From NCBI GenBank assembly GCA_050084515.1, contig CM114271.1, forward strand, positions 16,802,001-16,866,000: a DNA stretch of 64,000 bases. Direction: 5' to 3'. Below are positions 12,960 to 22,744 of the stretch, one piece after another. The notes under the pieces are model-generated. The model had not been told where the DNA came from and made no database searches. It saw only the letters and a list, made by a program, of their open reading frames with translations. Source of the stretch: Blasia pusilla. Its lineage: Eukaryota. The stretch's first letter is position 1; every line of letters starts with the position of its first letter. The translations under genes were made by a program, and so were the position numbers.

Positions 12960-14310
12960 GGAACCACATATGGGCCCTAAGTTGACAGGAGGAGAGCGGC
13001 GCCGGATACATCAGTTCCTCAGGAGTTATAGAAGCTGCTGCGTTTAGCATGGAGGATTTGGGTATGCCAAAGGGACCGAGGATCCGCATTGAGTTGTCGA
13101 GTGATACGTCGATCTTCCGATGACCCTACAGGAACAGTGATATGGAGAGGGCTCTGATTTAGAGTAGGAGCAAGGACTTGGTCGGAGCAGGACTAGTGGA
13201 GATGTCGCATGGGGAGTATGCATCTGCCAGTGTCATGCCTGCCAAGAAGGATATGCATGGCAACTGGACAGATAGGTGGATGTGTGGGGATTACCAACCT
13301 ATCAATCGGTAGACGAAGCCCGATAGGTATGCCATGCCCACTCCTGAGGAGATCTTTGATGGGATTGGTCACGCAAAGGTCTTTAGATCATTGGATTTGC
13401 GAGCTGGATACCATCAGCTGCCACCAGATTGGAGGACAGGCAGAAGACGGCATTTGGGGGCATCGATCCTCACTGGAAGGATTGTTTGTACTAGTGACGG
13501 TTCTAACCATTTGGGTTAAAGAACGCCCCGACTGAGTTTCAAAGGGTCATGGATAGGATCTTGGCTAGTCTGGATTTTGCTAGATGTTATATTGATGACA
13601 TCGTAGTCTTTAGCGCCACGATTGAGGAGCATGAGTGACATCTACAGGAGGTGTTTCGACGATTGCAATTACATGGGCTAAAGCTACATCCAGGCAAGAG
13701 CAAGTTCTTCTACAACCAGATTGAGTACTTGGGTCATACAATATACCCAGGGGGCCTTGGTGTTCAGAAAACGAAGGTAGAGGCTATCTCAAGCATTCCA
13801 CGCCCTACAGATGTGATCCGTGTTCGCGCATTCATGGGATTGGCAAACTTGTATCGGCGGTAGGTCAAGGGATTCAGTTCAATTGCAAAGCCGCTAACCT
13901 TGCTGACCAAGGTGGATCACGAGTGGCACTAGGGGGATGAGCAAGAGCGAGCATTTCAGTTGCTCAAGGACAGGTTGACGTCCGCGCCCATCTTGAGGAG
14001 ACCGATCAGGGGGTGTCCTTTCCAGTTGCACGCACATTGGAGCGGTGCTCACCCAACATGATGATGAGGGTAGAGAGTTCGTGGTGGCTTACACTAGCCG
14101 CTCAAACAAAACTGCAGAGGCAAAGCACAACTCGTATGAGGGTGAGTGCTTGGCTGCAGTGTGGACTGTTGCGCATTTCAGGTGTTACTTATTCGGCAAT
14201 CCTTACCATCATCATTGATCATCAACCAGTGAAGTGGTTGTTGGAGTCCGATAAGCTTACAAGGAAGCTTGCGAGATGGGCTCTGTTGTTGCAGGAGTTT
14301 GATTTTTAGA
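12960..14310 (+). pseudogene. pol: Gypsy-type reverse transcriptase and RNase H
   Basis: MPTPEEIFD, SLDLRAGYHQL, PFGLKNAP, ARCYIDDIVVF, LKLHPGK, YLGHTI, IDHQPVKWL, KLARWALLLQEFDF. Confidence 0.95.
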
Positions 14311-14699
14311 TGGTACATAGACCTGGGACGCTCAACCAAGATGGAGATGGGTTGAGTTGTAACCCATGCCCGAGTCAGCGAGATGCGAAAGGAGCTCGAT
14401 GGCATGGAGAGAGTGATGAGGAGTCAGTGCTAGGATGGCACGCGTTAGCCTATTTAAGCATGTTGGATATGGAGAGCCAGAGTGTGGAGACTTCGATGGC
14501 GAGGTCTAGTGGAGAGTCCTTGGATCCCGAGGCCAGTGAGGAGACGACATGTGGCCGAGATATTTATGATGATGGAGTAGTCTTGGAGTACCTTCGTACT
14601 GGCAGCGTTGCGAGCACCGTGGGTGCTAGAGAGTGGGATCGGATCCTACAGCAGGCCAGACGGTTCCGTTGGGAGGGGACACATATTTTGAGGGTTTGG

Positions 14700-15850
14700 G
14701 AGGATGGTAGGGTACGCGTAGTGCCACATCCTTTGTAGAGAGCACGACTAGTGCAGCATGCCCACGAGGAGTTGAGTCACCTTGGGGTGAAGCGGACGTA
14801 CAACTTGCTCCAGATTCAGTATTGGTGGCGAGGCATGCAGACTGATGTTCAGCAGTTTGTTGCCAGGTGCATGGTGTGTGATCAAGTCCGAGCATCCTTC
14901 AATGCTCCGACTCTACAATTGCATCCATTACCAATCATAGGCTTAGGGTATGGATGGAGTTTGGATTTTGCAAGACCTTTGCCTTTAACGGAGCGTCACA
15001 GTCGTTATGTGTTGGTGATGGTCGAGCACTTCTCGAAGTGGATCGAGTTGGTTGCATTGCTTGAGAAAGCAAGTGAGGGAGAAGCTTTCGCCTTCCTTGA
15101 CACAGTGAGGGGTCATTATGGCGCACCGGCTGAGGTGTTGAAAGACTAGGGTACAAAGTTTCGCGGTGAGTTCCAGGCCTTCTGTGATCAGGCGCTGATC
15201 GGCCACCGCACGACTTCGCGAGATCATCCTGAGGCGGATGGATTAGTGGAGAGAGTTGTGCAGACGGTGAAGAGGGGCTTACGCAAGTATGGATTTCAGA
15301 GAGGTCACCTAGGAGATTGGGACCTCCAGTTTCCGTGGTTGGCGATAACATACAGATTCAGGAGGCAGGCATCCTTAGCGTCTTTTTCACCGTACTTGCT
15401 ACTTTATGGCTGAGAGCTAGATTTACTTGCAGCCATTCGTCGAGATGCTAGTGAGGTTCTGTACCTTGATGAACCAGATGTATGGATGCGAGCATGTTCT
15501 CACAAGGCTGAGTTGTTTTGGAGAGTGATGCCCATGGCGTTCGAGAACTTGGCGATAGCGCAACATCGGGATACGTTGAGGTATGCGACTATTCGGGGTG
15601 GTGGTTATTGACCAACTATCCGGAGGTTTCATCAGGGAGATTATGTCTACTTGCAGCACACGGCACCGACGACGTTGGATGTGACTGTAGGGCGCACTAT
15701 CTTGAGAGTGCGTGACGTTTTGCCATCCGGTGTTCTCTTCCTGGAGGGACGCGATGGTATGGTATGGAAGGACCATGTGCGTAATTGTGTGCCATGTCAC
15801 CTTCCTAACATTGATGGTACAGTAGATCCAAGCTCAACAGTAGTTCCTAC
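14700..15850 (+). pseudogene. DDE integrase with HHCC zinc finger
   Basis: HAHEELSHLG...CMVCDQ zinc finger; WSLDFARPLP, VMVEHFSKWIE, D*GTKF, HPEADGLVER core motifs. Confidence 0.92.
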
Positions 15851-15857
15851 AGGCTTG

Positions 15858-16002
15858 CGTTGTATGTAGTGTGGTTCTCCTCGTGGTACGGCCACGATGC
15901 TAGTCTATGATGGATATTTGAGAGGTTGGCATATGACATGTCTGATGCCACCTCTCACTAGGGTTCCTCCGGGACGATGGATATGTCCCAGATGTACATA
16001 GA
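15858..16002 (+). pseudogene. C-terminal PHD finger (degenerate in this copy)
   Basis: RCM*CGSPRGTATMLVYDGYLRGWHMTCLMPPLTRVPPGRWICPRC; the C4HC3 pattern is nearly intact in the copy at 47775-47925. Confidence 0.85.
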
Positions 16003-16187
16003 GGAGATACTAGGTAGGTTTTGATTCCGAATTTTTCTGTGACATGGATGACAGGAAGGCGATTAACGATGGGGCCACATGTGCACCCGGCCTTTCTGCT
16101 CTTAGCGTCTTAGAGATGTATGTCGTGGTAAGTAGGGATAGATGGCTATCTGGAGTTAGAGGTACCTAACCACCAACTAGGAGGGCG

Positions 16188-16946
16188 ATTGGATATATTT
16201 TGGTACTTCTCGCCTTAGTGTATGGATGCCATGAGTTAGCATGAGATCGTGTGTGTTCGATGACAGCGATATATGTTGTGTAGCGATGTGTATGCGCACG
16301 ACAGTTGTCACGACTATTAGGATAGATCGGTGGGATCTAGCAGAGCGTCTGCACAAGTAGAGGAGGTCAAGCCCAGGAGGTCGAGGATGACCTATTGAGG
16401 TCCCGGGAAACCTGAGAGAGCAGGTTTCCCCTTCGTTTTGGCTCATTTGGAGCCATATAGAGAAACTTACTATTTCAGGCAAGTTTCCATATTGGGGATA
16501 GTTGACTTTACCCTTTTGGAAGTGGCCTTTGACCCGCTAAAGAAGGTCAAGAGCCAAGGAGGTGACCTTCGAGCATAGGTTACCGTTGAGAGGGCTTGGG
16601 AGAGGGAAGGGGGTATACCTCCAAGACAGAGAGCTTGAGAGCTCATTTTCTCTTTGTTGAACCTCTTGGCATAAGGCGGCGGAGCTATGGTTCCTTGCCA
16701 TGTGAGTGTAACCCAATCTTCTCATTAGGAGAGTGGGTTTGGTTTGACATGAGAGAGAGTGTACATCTTTGAGAGCTATGGTGTGAGATGGTGTAGAGAG
16801 AGATTGGATCTTACTTTAATTGGAGATATTTTGGTACTTCTTGTCTCTGTGTATGGATGCCATGAGTTAGCATGGGATCGTGTGTGTTTGTGTATGTCGT
16901 CAATAACAACGATGTATGTTGTGTAGCAATGTGAATGCTCACGAAA
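16188..16946 (+). repeat. 3' terminal block B1-GT-A2-B2
   Basis: B1 16188-16303, spacer GT, A2 16306-16818, B2 16819-16946; purine tract AGGAGGG just upstream of B1. Confidence 0.9.
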
Positions 16947-16951
16947 ACTGA

Positions 16952-19360
16952 TATATAGTCTCATCGATAAACCATCCTCAACTCTAGACATCCCACACAG
17001 GTCTATGTCCCCTCAACCCATACGTCCACAATGCTCTCAGCATCAACATAAAACCCAATATCCCAAATAACTTCCCAATACTCAGAATTCCCTCACACGT
17101 GGAGGGTAAGAGATCAGAATGGGTAACCTGACAATAATGTCAATATCGCTCCTCGGCAATTGCAAATCTCGACCCCAACTCGGTCATGAAGACAACTCCT
17201 CCAATAAGAAACTCGTACTCCTCTCGTAATGACGTTGCTCAAACCTCCTCAATATGTGGTGTGGATCTAGCGGTATGGTGCGGCACTGGCGGCAGGGAAC
17301 GCTTACACAACAACACGACACTCGATAATGGGATGCGGGACTCCGCGGCATACCCTCCTCAATCAACAATACACACACTATGCTCCTTAGTGAAGGAGCG
17401 GCTCCGGGATTGAGATGGTGCGGTGCAGCCACGAGCGGCACGGCGCGGAAATTGGCAGCGCGTTGCGGCTACGAGGGTGACAACACGGTACTCGATCGTC
17501 CTCGAGCGGCTACCAATCACAACATAGCAGCATGAAATGAAAACTTAAAGACCATAACTTGAGATCACCTGCCATCTCTTATTGATGACAAACTTGCGAT
17601 GACGGTGGTGGCCAAAAATAACTACGTGGTGGCAACGCAAGTCAGAGAATCAACGGTCGTCGTGGAAGACCCTCTTGTCGTGTGCCTACTCTCCTTGAAC
17701 GTTAATCTTGTTTGTTGCGGAAGCGTGCGTTCAGTAGGTCACGCTCTCAACGCTGATTTGCATCCAAACACGCACTTTGGTTAGTTGGGTCTTGGATCAA
17801 TCAGCGGGGTTACTTTCCGAGTTCTCGTCTCGGACTCTCATCAAGCTCAACCTTCCTAGTTTCGCGGTTTACAACACGGGCAAATCTCGAAAGACTTGGG
17901 ACAGACTTTCTGGTCGGTTAAGGAACCTGAAACGGCGTTTCGCGCCTAGCGGTTCCAACTGTCCGATGGACATCCAATGAGTTCCTCACCAAGACTCGCA
18001 CGAAGTGAATCTCGGGTTGGAATCCAAGTGTGGCGTACAAAGTCCACTCCCTTGGATCAGGTTTGGGTTTCGGGTTTCCGTGCCAAACTCCCGTTCCATC
18101 CCGTGCCTCTGAAACGCCGTTTGGCGCCCAAAGTGGGGTTTCGTTTCCCGAGACATCTCGGAGAAGGTCCTCCCTTACTAGTACTTCTGGGGATCTCCGG
18201 GGGCCCCCTACATTTAGGGAAAAACACCCGGGCCTCTCCAATTGGCCCTCAACCCGATTGCTCTCTCAATCGTTTTTGGCCAATATCTCAGTATGTACTT
18301 ATGCGTTTGCTGAGATCTTTAGTGCGTTGGAAGCGTCTCAAGCTCAGCTTTCCAACGCGCTCTTATTTGTCCCGAACGCATCTTGGAGCTCAACGTTATG
18401 GTCCTAAACATAGACAGATTCTCCCAAACGTTAGTCGTGTTCCAAACTGGTTCTCACCTCTTTGGCAACCAACCTCCCAAGACTCAACTCATCTCAAGTC
18501 TTGGCTCGCGTTTGGTCTAGGTTTCCTGGTCGCGACCACTAACGCATGAAACGCACAACTCTGTTCCGCGTTTCGTCTCTTAGACTTTTCCAAGAGACTC
18601 TTCCAAACGCCTCTCCAAAGCGCAAACCTCGCAGCGTGAGTTCCTTTGAGTTCTGATGTTTCGCTTGGCGCCTATTTGGTGTTGTTTGGTTATGAGGGTC
18701 GTGACACCTCCACTCCGTAATGGCGGCAATGGCAACCAAGGGTGGACAACAGCCGAACGCGGCTCTGAGCAGCGCTAGGCAACGGTGGCGGCCGACGATG
18801 GACAGTTGACCATTGATGGTGATGGTTGGCCATCAACGGCATACCGTTGATGGTGACTATGACAAGGACGGCCGCCGCCGGCACGTTGGCTGGTTTAGGG
18901 TTTGAAAATTTTTACCCTAAAAATCGCCTAGCAATGGCAGTTTTGCAAGATTAACCACGACGTTTTGCTCGCAAATCTAGATTGTGCACCGTCTATTGCA
19001 GGACTATAGTTCCGCCGCCTCATGCCAAGAGGTTCAACAAAGAGAGAATGAGCTCTCAAGCTCTCTCTCCTTAAGGTATATCCCTCCCCTCTCCCAAGCT
19101 CTCTCCATGATAACCTATGCTCCCAAGTCACCTCCTTGGCTCTAGACCTAATTTAGAAGGTCAAGAACTACTTAACAAAAATAGAAAGTCGATCATATAT
19201 TCAAAACGGTACTTATTTAAAATGGTAAGTTCCTCAATATGATTCCAAATGAGCCGAAATGAAGGGGAAACCTACTCTCTCAAGTTTTTCGGAGCCTCAA
19301 TATATCATCCTCAACCTACGGAATGTGTTCTCCACTACTCGCGAAGGCACTATACTAGAC
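16952..19360 (-). mobile_element. 5' part (partial A repeat and 5' UTR) of an older, internally deleted copy of the Gypsy-DNMT family
   Basis: ~16960-17675 and 18707-19000 match the reverse complement of ~7795-8760; ~19003-19360 match the reverse complement of A. Confidence 0.85.
17676..18706. mobile_element. Solo LTR of a second family (~1 kb)
   Basis: TGTCG...GTGACA termini; flanks CCTCT/CCTCC; the host 5' UTR continues on both sides; homologous to 45175-46080 and 61821-62453. Confidence 0.85.
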
Positions 19361-19514
19361 ATGAAAAATCCTTCTCCATTAAAATTTATTCTCCTTTTCC
19401 ATCCATTATGAATTGAGGCACAAATTCTAAAATTTGGGTTATTTATCGTAATTATTCCACTTTATTAATATTTATTATCATCCATTATTAAAAATAAGGA
19501 AACCACTTTATTAT

Positions 19515-20495
19515 AAAATAAACCTCAAAAGAGGACAAAGAAAGGTAATAACAAGTCAAAAGAGGAGTAAAAAAATGCATGAAAGAATGCAAAAAGAAAA
19601 TGGCAACAAGCCCACGTAAACACCGGCTCAACGAGCAACACGATTGATTGCTTGAAACAAATCTGACAAGAACACGAGTGGTTGGTCAGACGTGAATGGA
19701 CGACGAGGCGAGCGACCTCCCACCACCTCCGCACGACGTATTAATGCCAAGGCTTGTGCACGTTGTAAGGCCACTGAGATGCATTGCCTAAAATAAATAG
19801 TAAGTACCGAGAGAGAAGGACTACGGGAAGGGGCAAGGTGATGATTCTTGAGGGAGTGGTGAGCACATGTTTTCAGGAAAGTATCGAAAGATACATGTAA
19901 ATGACCGAATACTTCCACTGCAAACGGAATAAATCCGTCAGTCGCATGTCTCACATCATAACTTAACTCCTTGATTCTTGTTGCAGCTTCGGCCGCCAAA
20001 CCTTTGGTATGTGCAGCTCTACACACCAAGTCAGAACGTGTTGGATCAGCAACCACCACATCACATAGTGTCCGGAATCCACCTCGAGACATAACAAGAT
20101 CCACTCTCCGACGAGAGGTTGCTTGTGTGGTTGAAGGTAGGACGTGGAGTTGCTCTTGCCCAACGGTATATCCTATCGTACGAGCCACCGATGCTACCGC
20201 CTCTCTAATGACATCATGTGTGGCCGTTCGTTCTCCACCATGTGCACATCGGAGAATATGGATACCCTTGGCATCAATAGGATCCCCGCATACACAATTT
20301 GGCACACCTAAGAGAGAAGGATGGGGAAGTCCAAAACGTAACCGCAAAGCTGTCGAGAATATACTTCGAGGAAGACGAAATGGAAGAATAAGAGGATTTG
20401 CAGTAAGCCATGCTCCCGCTCCGGTACCAGGACATGAACGTAGACGAGCTCGATTAGCGTCGGAGGATGCCTCTGAGAGAATGCTGGAAAAGTTG
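19515..20495 (-). mobile_element. 5'-truncated non-LTR retrotransposon with restriction-like endonuclease (CRE-like)
   Basis: Uninterrupted frame: RARLRS...AGAWLTANP...ALRLRFGLP, CCHC knuckle CVCG...HILRC, THD, RVDLV...CDVVV, KELSY, FIPFAVEVFG, SVALQRAQA; T-rich 3' UTR. Confidence 0.85.
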
Positions 20496-22294
20496 ATTAT
20501 ATTAAATAAATATTTAATTGATTAATACAAGTTACTTTCTATTCCACTCAAATCCCTATCCGTTTCCTCTATCCCTATCTATTTCTACCCTTCTAATATG
20601 GTTCAAACAAAAAAATTCAACATATTGCCTATTTTGTCCTATTATCTCATTATCTTGTCGTCTTATGCATATGTAATCTTGGCATACCATACCAAACTTC
20701 TGGAGCTTGCGTGACCAGTTCCTTCCCATCTTACGAACCCGACCTTCTTGACTCTTCTGAAAAATCTTGGTTGCGGCCCTTATTTAAGGTCTCGCTGATA
20801 GTTCTCTCTATCTTGGCCATGTAAGGATGGTAGATCTCCCCCACCCCCCTTCCCTAGTTGCACATAATGAGGTAGGGCAATAGAGAAGCTTAGCAAAAAA
20901 TGATAACCTAATTTTGAATCTGAAACTTAAATGGGCTTACACTCTACGGACCATGTGGTGAAGAAGGTCGAGGGAACCTGTAAAGAATGGAGATGTAAAA
21001 ATGTCCCCCTCTGCATTCAGATGAAGGGTTCACAATCGGGTGGTTTCTAAATATCTTCCCAACCTATCCAAGAAACTAAAACTAGTGAAGGCAGATTGGC
21101 ATGAACAATACTCAAAAGTCGAAGGAAACACACACATCGGCCTCTAGAGTGCACATCAAGCTCATAAAGTGAGCACGACATGCGAACTCAAGTTTTCAGC
21201 AAAATAGAGCGGGACCAACCAGCCTCCTCCGCAACTACATTCACGATGAAGGAAGTGCGGCAAGAAATGTAATATACTCGAGTTAAGGGGGACTTTGCAA
21301 AGAGAGATTTGGAGGGTACAACTAACACAATCGCAAATCCAGCGATGAAGATAGGCGGGTTTAGCGAAGCTGCAATTGCATAGCTACTGGTGTTACAAAA
21401 GAAACGTGACACTCATTGTAATAGCAAAAATCCAACGATATGAGCTCATAGATGCAACGCACTAAAGCAAGAACTAAAGTAGCTCCTCAACCACTTGCCT
21501 CAACCAGTATTCAAATGATGTAAAGCTAACTAAAGGGCGAAAATGCACTATAGCCGTGGCTACCCCACGGGCCCATCTATGAGAGAACGTCAGGAATCCA
21601 ATCTACATTGTCACACGAGGAGTGCAATGTGCAGGACTCCAAAGCATCACAACCAAGTGAGCGATTCTCTTTGCAGCGAGTTAGAAAGAGAATCAAGGGA
21701 ATTCAACGCACAATGCAGAGACTCTATCGAGTCCGGACAAGTAGCGTAGAGATACTATTGAGTCCCGACGAGTCGTGAGTCCCGACGAGTCGTCAAACAC
21801 TGTTGGTGAGACATTATAGACTCTTCCCTGGTCGTGTTGTGGCCTTCAGGTTTTGTCTTTGAGCGGATGGGATCTCTCGTTTTTATCGAAGTGCATCTTT
21901 CTTCAACACAACAACTCAGGCAGAGGCTTGCAAATGTGAGAGTATCCGCCCTCCCCCTCCCTCCGAGGCCTCAGCGGCCAAGCCCTAGTACATGCGTCCC
22001 TGCGCGGCTTGCCCTAGGACGTGCGGAGGAGATACCTCCTCCCCAACATAGCCTCGAGAGTAATGGCTGGAGGCTGTGATTCCGGCCCTTGGATTCCAGT
22101 TCGGGAAAAATCCGACGCGTGGACGTTGCCAGAAGCTGCGCGATCTGAGATAGGCCGCAACTACCCGGCCGTATCCCACGTGGAATCAGTAAAAAGCTGA
22201 CGGCTACCCACCGGGACGATCCAAATCCGGAGGCGGTCTCCTCAAGGTGGGAAATGAAGCCCACTACTCCTTCCCGCTCTCGATAATTTTCGTT

Positions 22295-22342
22295 CTGAAC
22301 CGACTAGCTATACTCTTATAAGAGTATAGCTAGTCGGTTCAG
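22295..22342. repeat. Perfect 48-bp palindrome
   Basis: CTGAACCGACTAGCTATACTCTTA|TAAGAGTATAGCTAGTCGGTTCAG, no spacer. Confidence 0.95.
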
Positions 22343-22686
22343 GACCTCCGAGACAGTTTCTTCTTACATAACCTTTTTCATTTAATGAGTGAATAAAGGG
22401 AAGATAAATCAGTTACTTTTGACATAATTATTATTCATTTACTGAGTGAATGAAGGAAAGATCAATAATTTATTTTCTGACATAATTATTATAGCCTTAT
22501 GGATGTAAGAGCTTTTAACGACACGCATAAAGACTTTTCTGGTCTTACCTCCGGAGCGTAGTTTGTAGCCACCGTTTACTGACTTGTTCAGCGATTTCAA
22601 ATTCTTGATCTTCGTAAGCGGATACGGTTTCACGCTCGGTGAGCTTATCCAACATGGAGTCGAGCGATTAATCTTTGGGCTACAGC

Positions 22687-22744
22687 GTGAGTAGTGCGGA
22701 TACCCTCACTGCTATGCTACAGTGAGGATATCCGCACTACTCAC
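22687..22744. repeat. Inverted repeat with 25-bp arms (one mismatch) and 8-nt loop
   Basis: GTGAGTAGTGCGGATACCCTCACTG-CTATGCTA-CAGTGAGGATATCCGCACTACTCAC. Confidence 0.9.

Larger units (their letters stand above)
6825..16946 (+). mobile_element. Full-length (10.1 kb) decayed Ty3/Gypsy-type retrotransposon carrying a DNMT3-like methyltransferase and a PHD finger, with split direct terminal repeats
   Basis: Starts TGTCACGAC, ends CACGA(A)A (family consensus CACGACA); flanks ACCGA (6820-6824) and ACTGA (16947-16951). Domain order gag, PR, C5-MTase, RT, RH, INT, PHD with many stops and frameshifts. Confidence 0.92.
6232..20665 (-). mobile_element. Probable non-autonomous Helitron (AT-rich body), enlarged by later nested insertions
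   Basis: Minus-strand 3' end GCGTGCATCGCATGGGCAGCATACTAG|T (hairpin plus CTAG). The Copia RT reading interrupted at 6231 resumes at 20666-20710 (QAPEVWY...WYAKI), with an A|T junction and no TSD. The 5' end reads TA instead of canonical TC. Confidence 0.6.

Noticed and set aside
6825-16946. DIRS/PAT/Ngaro tyrosine-recombinase element, suggested by the split repeats and methyltransferase
   Set aside because: It has an aspartic protease, an HHCC+DDE integrase and an apparent 5-bp TSD; no tyrosine-recombinase motif was seen, and the MTase is C5-type, not the adenine type found in DIRS.
17977-18549. 190-aa ORF
   Set aside because: Lies inside a solo LTR and is not kept open at this length in the other two copies.
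20710-22290. Possible LTR-element remnants (also ~33560-33987 with 38735-39050, and ~43600-44050)
   Set aside because: Composition and TATA-like motifs are suggestive, but no paired termini, TSD or coding motif was found.
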